A stretch of DNA of 63,971 bases, counting the filler, from Octopus bimaculoides (taxonomy: Eukaryota), in assembly GCF_001194135.2 (NCBI RefSeq). It is 7 parts of 6 records of this genome, joined end to end, with 100 filler letters (N's around TTAATTAATTAA, not from the genome) between each part and the next. Parts side by side here need not be neighbours in the genome. Positions count along the whole stretch, not along the records: positions 1 to 8,311 come from NW_026306790.1; positions 8,412 to 12,472 come from NW_026327953.1; positions 12,573 to 34,813 come from NC_068985.1; 4 more parts are not named here. The stretch is one strand, 5' to 3'. The notes beneath the pieces are model-generated. The model did not search any database, was not told where the DNA came from, and saw nothing but the letters and a program-made list of their open reading frames with translations. Made by a program: the position numbers and the translations under genes. Positions 1 through 12,780 of this stretch are shown in pieces. Each line of letters begins with the position of its first letter. Position 1 is the stretch's first letter.

Positions 1-1860
1 AGTGACCTTCATTACCTGGTCCAACAACTTGATACCTCTGTAATTGTTTGTGTCTAAAGCATCACCTTTACCTTTGTAGCAGTTGACTATGGTGCTGCTA
101 CACCAGTCCTTCGTGTATCACCTGGTTAACAATACAGGTGACTAGGCTATAGCCGACACTGCCAGATATTTTGAGCATCTCTGCAGTGATTCCTGATGGG
201 CCGGGGGCCTTCCCTGTCTTCATACTCTTAATTGCTTTATCTACCATGGTACTGTCAACTCGGATAGCTGGTCCCTCTGTTGGATCGACATTCGGCAGAC
301 TCTCTTTCTCCCATTCATTCTCTTTATTGAGCAATCTTTTGTAGTGGCGTCTCCAAACCTCTTTCTTTGTAGCCTCGTTCAGTGCAAGCGTACCATCATC
401 CATGCGAACACATTTCTCTCCCATGAAATCATGATTGTCTCTCACACACTGTCTTGCAACACGAAATACCTCAAGTCTTTGGTCCTCACGGCGCAGAACA
501 TTGGCATATTTTTTTCTTATCTGCTTCCCCTCTGGCTAAATAAACCTGTCGCCTAGCTTCCTTTCTGGCAGTCTAATACAATTCCCTGCTACCACCGTTC
601 TTCCAGTCCTTCCAAGCCTGTTTCTTTTGTCTAATAGCCCTGTCAACAACAATGTTCTACCACCACGTTATTTTTGGTCGAGAGGGGACTTTGCACCATC
701 CACAGATCTGGTGAGTGGCCCTCAGCAGGTTGTCCCATAGAAACGTCCAGTTGTCTTCTACATTGTGTGAAGCTACATTCCCCTCTATTTCATCAAAGGC
801 TTCAAGTAATAAGTCTCTAAATCTCTGTCCACTAACAGGATCTTTAAGCATACAGACCCTTCTCCTCCAAGCTGGTCGTCTTCTGGGCAACCACTTAGCC
901 CTGATCCTGAAGTCACTAACTACTAGTCTATGTTGTGGGGTACATTCTTTGCCTGGGAAGGTTTTGGCATTTATAAGCAGCCATCTTTCCCTTTTCCTGG
1001 TGAGGATGTAGTCAATTTGGCTAGTGTGTCTGCCAGAACGGTAGGTGACTAGGTGACTGGCAGGTTTCCTGAAGTTAATATTGCAGACCATAAGGTCATT
1101 TGCATCACAGAACTCCAGCAGCCTGCTTCCCTCCTCATTGCGGGAACCAAAACCATAGCCTCCNNNNNNNNNNNNNNNNNNNNNNNNNNNNNNNNNNNNN
1201 NNNNNNNNNNNNNNNNNNNNNNNNNNNNNNNNNNNNNNNNNNNNNNNNNNNNNNNNNNNNNNNNNNNNNNNNNNNNNNNNNNNNNNNNNNNNNNNNNNNN
1301 NNNNNNNNNNNNNNNNNNNNNNNNNNNNNNNNNNNNNNNNNNNNNNNGTCCAACATGACCATTGAAGTCACCAGCCACAAAGAGAAGGTCCCTGTCATTC
1401 GTTGACAAGGTAGTCTGCAGGAGGGTGTCATAAAATCGGTCTTTCTGTCCATCGAGTAGCCCAGGCTGAGGGGTATAGGCCGAGATAATGGTTGCTAACC
1501 CATGGTGAAGGACTAATCTAATCTTAAGTATTCTATCGGATACTCTAACTACCTCGATTACCTTATCCACCCATTTCTCTGCAAGAAGTATACCTACGCC
1601 CCCGACCCCGTTTGTGTTCCCTGCCCAGAAAATCTTGTACCTGTGTTCTTTGCCTGTGAGGAACCTAGCAGAACCTCCTCTCCACCTTACTTCTTAGAGG
1701 CAGCAGATATCAACACATCTCCATTCAATCATCTCAACAATCTCACCAGACCTACCTTTCAGAGTGCCAACCCTGAGGGTGTGGGAGGTATGGGCCCGTG
1801 AGACCCTGGGGCGGGGAACAGCAGCATCATGTACCTGAAAAGAAAGCTCGCATTTTGCAG
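1..1860 (-). mobile_element. RTE-clade LINE, 5' part of the ORF (APE endonuclease, linker, start of RT), disrupted
   Basis: Minus-strand translations in order: TLRVGTL..KGRSGEIVEM, SDRILKIRL..ISAYTPQ..GDFNGHVG, GGYGFGSRNEEG, SQIDYILTR..HRLVVSDF, GKAPGPSGITAEMLK, and IVNCYKGKGDALDTNNYRGIKLLDQVMKV running off the window edge; frameshifts and stops present. Confidence 0.93.
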
Positions 1861-2599
1861 AATTCATAAACAATCAGTAGCATTCATTTCAGCCTGCATC
1901 TACTACACTATCGTATTTTGCACCATATGATTGCTACCTTACATAGGGGATAGACCCTAAGTGGTGGGGGGAATGGCGTGATATCTTTAGAAGTGTTCAT
2001 GGGAGACAGTCAAGAACTTCCGGTACTGGTGTAGAAGATAGGNNNNNNNNNNNNNNNNNNNNNNNNNNNNNNNNNNNNNNNNNNNNNNNNNNNNNNNNNN
2101 NNNNNNNNNNNNNNNNNNNNNNNNNNNNNNNNNNNNNNNNNNNNNNNNNNNNNNNNNNNNNNNNNNNNNNNNNNNNNNNNNNNNNNNNNNNNNNNNNNNG
2201 AGGGAGGAGAAGAGAGATAGAGAGCGAAGGAGTGGGATCGAGAGAGACAGAGTAAAGCAGATATCAAATGAGACAAAGTAAAACAGAGGGGGTTAGGCCA
2301 GAGCCCGAGGGTGATAGAGAGATATTTTGGGGGATTTCTGTTGCATAGACACAGTAAATATTGAATGGTAAGAATATAGAATTCTAAAACAGAAATATAG
2401 AGATAAGTGACTATGTGAGAAAATTAAAACTGAATAACTTGAATAACTAAGTGAATTTGGCGACATCGTTATGGACAACTGAAAATGAATTTGAGCACTA
2501 AATAAGGTATGAATCAGGGCAAAAATAAGTAGAAAAGTACAGTCTTGGTTTTTATCTCATTCTGAAAAAATTTTTTTATATATATATATATATATTTAC

Positions 2600-2870
2600 A
2601 TACACACACACATATATATATATATTATGTGTGTGTGATTGTGTGTGAGAGAGAGAGACTTTGCATTTGTGTTTGCTCCCACAACCACCCCACTGCTTGG
2701 TACTGGTACTGGTTTGTTTACATCCCCTGTGACTTAGTGGTTTAGTAAAAGACACCAATAGACTAAGTAACAAACTTAAAAAATGTAGTGCTGCAGTCAA
2801 TGTGTTCAATTGAATGCTTCAAGGTGGTGTTGCCACAGTCCAAATACTGAAAGGAGTAAAAAAAAAATAA
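2600..2870 (+). mobile_element. SINE family A, 3' half (microsatellite plus tail 1), decayed
   Basis: gtttacatcccctgtgacttagtggtttagtaaaagacaccaatag aligns with the intact tails at 30585-30990 and 53412-53612. Confidence 0.75.
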
Positions 2871-4388
2871 AAATAAAAAAGTATTCACTAAAATTGCAAT
2901 AATTCCTATGTTAAGCTATTCTCTGTTTATGCAATGACATTTTTCTGATGAGTTCTGTATATTTCACTTCCTTTGTTTTTATGAGCATCATCATCCTTAG
3001 TGTTTACTTTTCAGTTTGTGTGGTTTAATGTGCCACAGTGCTTCATTAATCTTTCTTATAATTATAAACCTTTTTTTAAAAAAAATTTGTCAGAGGAAGA
3101 AGGACAGTACCCATGAACTTTTGCAGGCCCTTATATCTATGTTAAAATTATATATTAGATGCAACACCTAGGTCATCCCACTTCTCCTGTCACATCTCCT
3201 GTATCTCACTTCCTGTGTCCAACCACACTAAACATTTCCTCTATCTCAATTCATATATCCTACTGCACTAAATCTTCCTTTTCAAAACAGCAATTTTCTG
3301 TAATTCCTTCCTAAACACATTTTTCCTACAGACATCAACAAACAGGTTTTCAAAACTGAACATTAGTCACATAAAGGCACCCAAGGAACAAACTGCACCA
3401 TTGCAGCTGTTGACACCATGACAATAGGTTGACTCTACTATCTCATTTTACTATTTCTACTCTTTTGTTCTTCTATATCATTCTATGTGTTCATCAACTC
3501 CCCATTAGCAATATTTTCTTCATTCCATTTAAATTATCACTTTTGTTTTGGCTAAACTCCCTTTAATCTCCTCATCTTTTTGTTTTCAGGCTTTGTCAGC
3601 TGTTTTGCTCCTAGATTAATTATTATATTTAAACATTTTTCCCTTCAAAGGTATTTTGCATGCTTTTCTAACTGAGAATAAAACAACCTCTGTACCATGT
3701 AATAATTTCTTTCACAGGTAGTTACCTCTTGATCATTAGATGACTTTTTTGACCTCAGACTTCAACTAGTGAGAGACTTAGTCTTGCCTTTCTTTTAAGT
3801 AAGTTATAGTGTAAAAATGAACTAAAAATGTCTTTACTGATATTCAGTGTTTCATTTGCCTGTCTTTTTCTCGATGTAATGTATGGAAAGGTTGTTAAAA
3901 AAATAAGTTTTCTACTTATTTTTGCTCTTTTGAAAATTTACATACAGTTTGCTATATAAAATAAACAGGACTCTCTATAACTTGCAATTTCTAAAATATA
4001 TGCATTGTCATAATGCCAAAATAGTTATAAATTACGGATGTAGGTTTGAATTCATGACAAATTTCAGACCAAAGAAATGTCAGGCAATATCAAAAACAAT
4101 TACCATCATGTAAACACCATCCTTTGGTAAGGTGAACAGTATTTGATGTTATCATAAAATAAATTAAACATGCTAACACCAGACAGATAGAATTAAATGA
4201 TATTTCCTGCTGTTCTAGAAATTTAAATAATTTTATTCCAATTTAAATCCTTTTTCTTTCTGTATCATCTCACTAGCTACGTATATATAAAATTCAGTCA
4301 AATTACAGTAATTTATCATCCTCCTCCTCCAACTTTCTGGTCTAAAAACCTGATATTATTATGTTGTTGCTTTACAAGTAGCTAGCTT

Positions 4389-4600
4389 CATCATCGTCAT
4401 CATTTTAATGTTCTCTTTTCCATGCTTGCATGAGTTGGACTGAATTCATTGAAGGAGGTTTTCTATGACTGGATGCACTCCCTATTGCAAACCCTCATCA
4501 GTTTTCCCAGTAAGGTGGTATTTCCTATGTCCAGACGTATTCTTCTCAGACAGTTGAAAATATAGGACATTGCTTGTATTGAAGTGAAGAAAAGTTTGAG
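4389..4600 (-). mobile_element. SINE tail 2 fragment (RTE-like 3' end)
   Basis: Reverse complement ends gcatggaaaagagaacattaaaatgatgacgatgatga; similar to 6325-6520 and 7290-7490. Confidence 0.6.
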
Positions 4601-4939
4601 ATTGAAAAGAAAATTAATTTTAAGGTATGCAGACATAATTGAAAAATCCTGTTTGACCATTTTGTCTGGGTCATTTTGACTTTAGTAACAAGTTACACTG
4701 GAAGTTAAGCCTTCCTCAGAAAATGAAAATAAAAAAAGATGAACTGCAGGAAATTAAGGAAACTGCACACATCATTTCAGTCCCCTTTAGATAAATATAT
4801 TCACTATATTAATTTTATTTATTCATTTGTCTTCAATTTACTCCTTAGGATTTAAGAGCAAAGAATTTTGATAGAGATTGGCAGAATCATTATAGTGTCA
4901 TAAAAAATGCATTTCAGTATTTGTTCTGGCCTTTTATGT

Positions 4940-5140
4940 TCATCACCATCAACATTTAACATCTGTTCTCCATGCTGGCATGGGTTGGATGGCTTGACAG
5001 GAACTGGCAAGACCAGGGGCCATACCAGTTTCCATAGTCTGTTTTGCTTTGGTTTCTACAATTGGATACCTTTCTTAATGCCTGCCACTCCACAGAGTGT
5101 GCTGGGTGCTTTTTACATGACACCAGCACTTACACCAATG
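4940..5140 (-). mobile_element. RTE LINE 3' UTR fragment
   Basis: Reverse complement of the ccatgccagcatggagaacagatgttaaatg end; matches 5600-5812 and 6060-6216. Confidence 0.7.
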
Positions 5141-5429
5141 CTTTTTTCAACAGAGTGAATAACTTATCTTACATGGTTTCGGAAGAACTTACAATCACGA
5201 AGACTAAAAACAATTTTTTTCAGCTTTAAGAGATTCTTACATTATTAAAATATTCCTACCAACATTATAACAATTTCGAGAAAACTTGACAATTCAGTTA
5301 TGGAGAAAGTTGGAATTTCTAGCTGATTGGTACAAGCTGAAAATTTGAGGTTTGTTTATGATTATAAATGTATTGTCGTCACCTAATTCAAGATCATTAT
5401 CCAACAATTCATTTGCTGTCCAGATGGAA

Positions 5430-5812
5430 AATTAGATCTCTAAATGTGGAGGAACCTGTGGAAGGGGTAGACCCAGGAAAATGTGAGATGAAGTGGTGAA
5501 ATAGAATCTTCAGATGTTAAGTCTCAATAAGGCGATAAGTGACCAATACTTTTGGCAATTTGTCTTACAAGTGAAATTGTAATTGTGGTCAGTACCAATG
5601 ACACCTGAAAGGCATCCATTCCAGTGACACGTAAACAGCACCCATGCCAGTGACATGTAAAAGACACTCAGTACACTCTGTGGAGTGGCTGGTATTAGGC
5701 TGGGCATCCAGCCATAGAAACCAAGCTAAAATAGACTGGAGTCTGGTGCAGCTCTCTGGCTTACCAGCTCCAGTCATACCACCTTACCCACACCAGCATG
5801 GAAAACAGCATG
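5430..5812 (+). mobile_element. RTE LINE 3' end (ORF C-terminus plus 3' UTR)
   Basis: NVEEPVEGVDPGK / GTCGRGRPRK-type C-terminal motif (ggaacctgtggaaggggtagacccaggaaa) followed by a 3' UTR ending cagcatggaaaacag. Confidence 0.75.
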
Positions 5813-6003
5813 GATCACTTTGTCATCTGACATGTGGCACCCCATTGCATCTGTACAGGTAATGTCGATTTGATGGAGTCAACATATGTGTACACAAACA
5901 TTTGATCACTATAAACAAATCATTTGTGTAGTTGTTCAGTAAGAAATTGTTGAACCCTCATATGTCGTTTAACAACAGGAGAGTCCATCATATNNNNNNN
6001 NNN

Positions 6004-6216
6004 CTGGATGCCCTTTCTAACACCAACCGCTTTACAGAATGTATACATAAAAAGCACCGTGTACACTTTGTAAAGTGGTTGGTGTTAGGAAGGGTATCCA
6101 GCTGTAGAAACCAAGCCAAAACAGACTATGGAACCTGGTGTAGCCCTTGGCTTCACCAGTTCTTGTCAAGCTGTCCAACACGTGCCAGCATAGAAAACAG
6201 ACATTAAATGATGATA
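6004..6216 (+). mobile_element. RTE LINE 3' UTR fragment with 5' fold-back
   Basis: Ends gcatagaaaacagacattaaatgatgataat; 6004-6043 is an inverted copy of 6062-6101. Confidence 0.7.
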
Positions 6217-6324
6217 ATTATATACATTTATATTCATGTGTGTGTATATATTTATGTATGCATGCATGTGTGTGTATTTATGTATGTATGTGTGTGTATA
6301 TATATACACACACACACACGTATC

Positions 6325-6710
6325 CAGTTTTCCGTGCTTGTATTGGTCAGATGGAGTTCACTGAGGCATATTTTTACAACTGATGCCCTACATAGTGACA
6401 ACATTCACCTCTTTCCAAGCAAGGTAATATTTTCCCATAGCTGAACATGGTTTCATGGAAGATTAGAAATGAGCAACACTGCTTGTATGACAGTAGCACT
6501 CATTTACAACTGGCACATGATGTCAACATACATTCACACACATGGTAGGTTTCATTCAGTTTCTCTATACCAAATCCACCCACAAGCTTTTGATCAGTCC
6601 AGAGCTATAGTACAAAATATTTGCCCAGGGTGCCAAGCAGTAGGATGGAACTCAAAAGTCAGGTTGTTTACAAGTGAACTTCTTAACCACAGAACTGTGC
6701 CTGCACCTAT
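6325..6710 (-). mobile_element. SINE family A head plus tail 2, decayed
   Basis: Head (aatatttgcccagggtgcc..cttaaccacag) at 6540-6710, short (CA) spacer, RTE-like tail at 6325-6520. Confidence 0.65.
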
Positions 6711-6789
6711 TATACATAATCATCATTTAATGTCTATTTTCCATACTGGCTTGGGTTGGATGGTTTGACAAGATCCAATGAGCCACAGG

Positions 6790-7045
6790 TGTGGAGGTGC
6801 ATGGCTTAGTGGTTAGTGCTAGACTCATGATCATAAAGTTGCGGTTTCATTTCCTGGAGCATGCAATGTTCTGAGTTCTTGAGCAAAACACTTCATTTCA
6901 TGTTGATCTAGTCCACTCAGCTGGCAAAAATGGAATAATTTTGCAACAGACTGACATCTCATCCCGGTGGGGAATATATATGCTATTGAAACCAGGAAAC
7001 CAGCCCTTATGAGTCAGCATAACTCAAGAAGCTGACCTTTACCCT
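6790..7045 (+). mobile_element. tRNA-derived SINE family E
   Basis: A-box-like tggcttagtgg head and cttgagcaaaacacttcatttcatgttgatctagtccactcagctgg body; second copy at 45385-45540. Confidence 0.7.
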
Positions 7046-7102
7046 TTGTGGTGAGTCACAGGGCTATGTCCTGCTCCAATCTCAGATTTGGCATGGTTTC
7101 TA

Positions 7103-7490
7103 CTGCTGTGTGGTTAAGAGGTTTGCTTCTCAACCACATGGTTTTGGGTCCAGTCCCTCTACATGGGGTCTTGGACAAGTGTCCTCTACTATACCTCTGA
7201 GTCAATAAAAGCCTTGTGAGTGAATTTGGCAGACAGAAACTGAAGGAAGCCCGTCATATGTATGTATGTGTGTATGTATGTTGTGTCTCCTTGTCTTGAC
7301 ATCATGTTACATAGTAAATGAATGTCGTTCATTTTCACTATTCAGTAAAAACATGTCTGACCACGAGAAAATAATACTTTGCTTGGAAACAGGTAAGGGT
7401 TGGAGACATGAAAGGCATCCAGCCATAGAAAACTGCCTCAATAAAATCTGTCTGACCCAGGCAAGCATGGAAAGGTGGACATGATGATAT
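7103..7490 (+). mobile_element. SINE family A head plus tail 2
   Basis: ctgtgtggttaag..cttggacaagtgtc..gaagcccgtcat head, (TATG) spacer, tail aggcatccagccatagaaa..gcatggaaaggtggacatgatga. Confidence 0.75.
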
Positions 7491-7559
7491 GTGTGTGTAT
7501 GTATGTATGCCCTACAGTTACATGTATGCATCTGTCTAATATAATATAATAAAAATACA

Positions 7560-8125
7560 AATAACTCTGTTGAAAATTGATTTCAAAGTCCCAATAAATA
7601 CATACATAGAGGAACTTAATCTTCCAATACTTACCTTTCCAAAACACAGTTTAAAATTTCTGAATAGAAATCAAATAACATCAACAACAATCCAACTTTA
7701 GCTGAACATATGCTAGTTGGCGACCTAATTCATCTGAAACAAAACAGAAAACTCTGAAACAAAACAGAAACTGATTTTCTCTGTAAAAAATCTCCTGAAT
7801 CTGACACACCTGTATATAAAGTTATTTCCATACTTGATTGAACTCTAGATAATAACACAACTCCCACTATAAACTTACAAAATATTCAACAATAACTTTC
7901 CACCAAATCACACGCTAGAAGCATATTTGCTTCTCATTCTCTTCTGGCTCTCTTTCTATACACCCACTTCACAGATCTACATACACCAAGCCTAATTATT
8001 GTTTCACTCAGCTTCGCCTATGCCTGAGAAACAACTTACTGAAGACTATATCAAGCCAAAAGGAACTCGAATGTGGTACAGTCAAATCAAGGCCAGCAGG
8101 CTGAAACTTTGAAGTCACTGTCATC
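7560..8125 (+). mobile_element. Possible Penelope-like element 3' remnant
   Basis: Weak GIY-YIG-like pieces (TYIEE, TLAEHML) upstream of a decayed hammerhead motif and a (TA)n tract. Confidence 0.3.
8077..8122 (+). ncRNA. Decayed type I hammerhead motif
   Basis: tACAGT-CAAATCA-A-GGCC agca GGCT-GAAA-CTTTGAAG-TC-ACTGTC; helices retained, core degenerate; same 3' half as the motif at 27569. Confidence 0.5.
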
Positions 8126-8271
8126 TTTCTACTCGTAAAGGTTTTATATATATATATATATATAATGTATGTATATATATAGATATATAATGTATGTATG
8201 TATATATAATGTATGTATATTTATATATATTTATATTTATATATGTATATTTATATATATTTATATTTATT

Positions 8272-8311
<40 letters not shown>

Positions 8312-8411
8312 NNNNNNNNNNNNNNNNNNNNNNNNNNNNNNNNNNNNNNNNNNNNTTAATTAATTAANNNNNNNNNNNNNNNNNNNNNNNNNNNNNNNNN
8401 NNNNNNNNNNN
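8312..8411. other. Artificial 100-bp scaffold spacer
   Basis: 44 N + TTAATTAATTAA (stops in all six frames) + 44 N. Confidence 0.95.
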
Positions 8412-8445
<34 letters not shown>

Positions 8446-8649
8446 ATATGTAGATATATACAAATTTATATGTAAACACACACACACACACACATACATA
8501 CATACATGCGTATATATTTGGACAGAGAGAGAAATTCATACATATATGGAAATGGAAATATTGAATTAGTGCAATATTTTAAATGCATCATAATAGAATT
8601 TACAATTTAATTTCAGAACTTCAAGATACAATCTTGCAAACATTCCAAA

Positions 8650-8717
<68 letters not shown>

Positions 8718-8984
8718 NNNNNNNNNNNNNNNNNNNNNNNNNNNNNNNNNNNNNNNNNNNNNNNNNNNNNNNNNNNNNNNNNNNNNNNNNNNNNNNNNNN
8801 NNNNNNNNNNNNNNNNNNNNNNNNNNNNNNNNNNNNNNNNNNNNNNNNNNNNNNNNNNNNNNNNNNNNNNNNNNNNNNNNNNNNNNNNNNNNNNNNNNNN
8901 NNNNNNNNNNNNNNNNNNNNNNNNNNNNNNNNNNNTATATATATAAAATTTAAGAAGGAATAAATAAAACTAATATATCTTCGG

Positions 8985-10640
8985 TAATATGAAGAAGAAA
9001 TTCGCCCAGGAATATGCTGAATATATCTAAAAATGCATAGTAGAATTCCTGTTGAAAATGTTACACACGCACAGTCATAGAAAGGAGAAAGGGAGGCGGA
9101 GTGAAATAGATAAAAGAAGAGACATAAAATGAAAATTGGTTAACAAAATAATAAGATATCATGTGTATCTAGAGAATGATATCAACAGCTGAGTTATGAA
9201 ATTCAAACCATGAAGATAAAAGACTAGTAAAAATGCGTCTATAGTACTTGTGATGCGTTTGGAAAAAAAGCAATTCAATAACAAATACTGCAGAAGAAGA
9301 TTTCGTATCAGTTAAGATAATAACAAGAAAATATCAAGTAGAAATGATGTTATCAACGACACAGACGGCAATGTTCTTCATGTAGGGAACGATATATAGG
9401 GAATATAGAAAGAACAACGGTAGAAATAATACAAAAAAAGTGCAAGTTTTAATCAAGGAGAAAACTATCAAAATTATCAAAGTCCAAATTATATTACAAA
9501 AGGGAACTTCTAATACTAATCTCTGAAGTTAGCAAAGCAACTACGAACAATCTTTAAATAAATACATATATGAAACAGATAACACTGCATTACAACTTTG
9601 AAAAAAAAAAAGGTGAAATATCTCTAAAACTGTTATACTCTATGTGCAAAAGATATGAAAATATGGACAACTCAAAATCTCTGTACTGAATCAATTTCCA
9701 TTCACTTCCTTTATATGATGACATAAGGCTATGTAAACAGAACGGAGAAACGGTACCGATACATCATAATGGTAAAATCCTATTTGAGATCATTACTGAT
9801 AGAATTTAACTCAAATATGAAAGAGAAATAAGAGAGAAATGATCGGTTTTAGAACGAGATTTGTTATTGTTATTTTTTTTTTTTAATATTCTTCAAATCA
9901 GAGTGCAATTAAGAATTAACAATTATGTTTCAATGACTCTCAAAAGGCATCTGACAAAATTATGAAACCAAATTATGGAAAGTGGTAACAGAAATGAAAT
10001 TCCTTCAGAACGTAATAGAAATTTTAAAATCATTTTGTTCTCAAAAATGTGCAACTGATGAAACTGAGGTGAACTTTACAGTGTGGTTTGTATTTGAACA
10101 GATGTATGACAAGTAACCCTACCTTGCCTTTCTCTATTCAGTATCTCTGTAACAATAAAAATGACGGTACCTCCGGAGTCTCTTAAATGTGTAGTTAAAA
10201 CCCATTGAATAATCGTTGTTAATCTCAAATACATCGATGCTTCTCTCCTTATTGTTGGTAGCTTAGAAGAAGTGACGGTTATAAAGTAGAAAGTGAAAGA
10301 AAATGTAAGGAAATAAGATTTATTACATTTGATAAAAGTGAATCAATGATTAGCTCAGGAACCTACGGCGAAGCTAATCCAACAATGCACGAGAGCCAAA
10401 CAATCCAAGATATGATGGGTTTTTGCTATCTTCGAGATATTAGAAATCGATGCGATGACAAAAAGAAATTAAATGTATTGCAAGTGCACAGTCTGCATTT
10501 ATCGTTTTAAATCGTAGTTAAAAATGTAAATCAATAAGTTCAAAGGCCGAGCAGAAAATCCTGCACAGTTTGATATTTTCAATACTATAGAAATATCAAA
10601 GTGTGCAGTAATTTCAGTTGAATGATGGGCTCTTAAAAAC
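8985..10640 (+). mobile_element. Old RTE/BovB-like LINE, RT region, heavily degenerate
   Basis: Fragments VINDTDGNVL, GEISLKLLYSMCK, CFNDSQKASDKI, KLWKVVTEM..VIEILKSF, NLKYIDASLLIVGSLEE (YADD equivalent), GFCYL. Confidence 0.82.
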
Positions 10641-10723
10641 GTTCATAGAAAAAAATAACTTCTAAGCTTGGTGTTATGCAAAATGGTAAAAAATTAAGTG
10701 AAGAATTAAGTGACAAACACATG

Positions 10724-10765
<42 letters not shown>

Positions 10766-12472
10766 TGTGTGTATGTGTGTATAATAATAAATAATTTGGA
10801 CAAATAAGTCTCAGTTGATTATTGTGTGAGTGCGTGTGTGTGTATGCATATCGTATTCTCTGGCATAAAAGTCGAGTAACATATAGTGTAAACTTACCGT
10901 GTAAACGTTCAAACAACGTCAATATCTTCCCATATGCTACTGCAAATCACATGAAACTTTTGGTGCTCCAAAGCCTCTTATTTTTTACTGTAAATTTTGA
11001 TCTGAAAAATTTGACTTGCAAAGTGGAAAACACGGTACACACATACAAGCAAGGAAGATATTACACGCGTGATCCGTAGCTGCTCAAAAAATACTCCCAA
11101 TGTACAACTTCCCAGTGCGATATGACGTTGTTACTAAAATAATATGCAATAGCATCTTAATAAAAAGACTGTCCTTTTATAAATATAGAATAAAATGCAT
11201 GATAAAGCATCAACACGAAGAATATTGGTGGAACATTTTCATCATACCTCCTCCCAAGTGTAAATATAACAGGCTGTATATTGTCACAGAGATCAACAGC
11301 TCTTAGGATGTGAACATCTCTTCGAAAATCAAGAAAAGGGGGACAACTACGGGCAACTTCTCCCGAAATCTTCAGCTTCTGTACCAAGATTATAAATTGA
11401 CATTTATACCAATATTAATACGTAGATCTGGTTTTGTGAGTAAATGCCTGACCAAAAGAAAAAAATAAATAAAATCAACCAGCTAACATTACAAACACAA
11501 TCTGTAAACGGAATAGTAAAAATATGCATTTCTCAAGTTCAAAATATGATATTGATTTTCTTATCTCGATTCCAATGATGGGGCTTTAGTGTCTTTAGTA
11601 GAAACAAGCTCCTTCCTTTCAGGAATATCTCAAATAACTAAAACTAGAAGAAACCATAGCTAGTACCAAATCATCCACTCGGAAAATTTATTGCCACTTC
11701 AAGATTCCATATATTTTACATAGCCAATCCACAAACTAATTCTACATATACTATGCCATAATTTATACAAGAAGCATGAAATGAAAACACAAGAAGCTGT
11801 CAAAATTTATAGAAAAGATTTGTAAATGAACTCTCCTCGCTTTAAAAATTTAACACAGCTTCAATTAACTCGACATGAGAGTGAAGGATTAAGAAATAAA
11901 ACATTCCGTATAAACCTGAATATAACAAAAATTAAACACTCACTCATTAATTGCTACCATTCATATACTGGCATTTGTACACTCGCGAAAACATATCTTC
12001 ACTATCATAAACTGAGTGATTCTCTACCATATATGGTTATCTATGCACCACCTAGATCTAAAATATTTCTAAAATATGTATAGTCATATCGTAAGCGTTA
12101 CATATCTCTAAGCATAGCTGCTAATTATCTCCACTTTCCTTGGCCATTCATTCAATTCTCTCGCTAGAGATATTTCCGTATATTTCTTCTTTTCTTCCAA
12201 TTACTTAATACATACATCAGCTTCAAAGTCCAACACGCTTTACGTCCGTGAAGATAAACAACCCTTTTCAAATGTCTGCAAATGTTACTGGAACATTATT
12301 TATCGAAAAATATGTATTCATTCATTTTGTCTTCATATTTATATTATAATTATATTTGTCATATTCTCAATACACTTCATTTCAAATATCTCTTTATTTC
12401 TCTACATGTCAATACTAGGAAAAGCTTTCTGTTCAGTCAAAATATTAGCAAAATCCATATTTATATGCCGTT

Positions 12473-12572
12473 NNNNNNNNNNNNNNNNNNNNNNNNNNNN
12501 NNNNNNNNNNNNNNNNTTAATTAATTAANNNNNNNNNNNNNNNNNNNNNNNNNNNNNNNNNNNNNNNNNNNN
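12473..12572. other. Artificial 100-bp scaffold spacer
   Basis: 44 N + TTAATTAATTAA + 44 N. Confidence 0.95.
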
Positions 12573-12780
12573 GCCACGACCGGCCACCTACTGTCTTGAA
12601 GAGAGAGGCTCACGTTAGACAGTGTGTCCGTTGACATACAGTTTGAGAGAAGGACGGCTTGATCATGACTGGAATGCTTTTGATCATAGGATTTGCTGTA
12701 TGAAGTCTGACCTGGGCTGAAGCAGCAACAAATACAACTAGACTAAAATCATCACCATGGCCATCACCACTACTACCAAA

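Noticed and set aside
1164-1347. Possible insertion in the RTE endonuclease
   Set aside because: Ns only; the flanking motifs GHVG and GGYGFG are normally about 10 codons apart, so the gap is probably just oversized
4068-4126. Candidate 59-bp exon (ag..gtaag)
   Set aside because: Weak polypyrimidine tract, no recognisable peptide, no partner exons
8356-8367. TTAATTAATTAA as a recurring biological motif or CRISPR-like repeat
   Set aside because: Always centred in exactly 44+44 Ns; artificial spacer
11550-12100. Possible old CR1-like ORF end
   Set aside because: Only vague similarity (QLQLTRHESEGLRNKTFRI); not supportable
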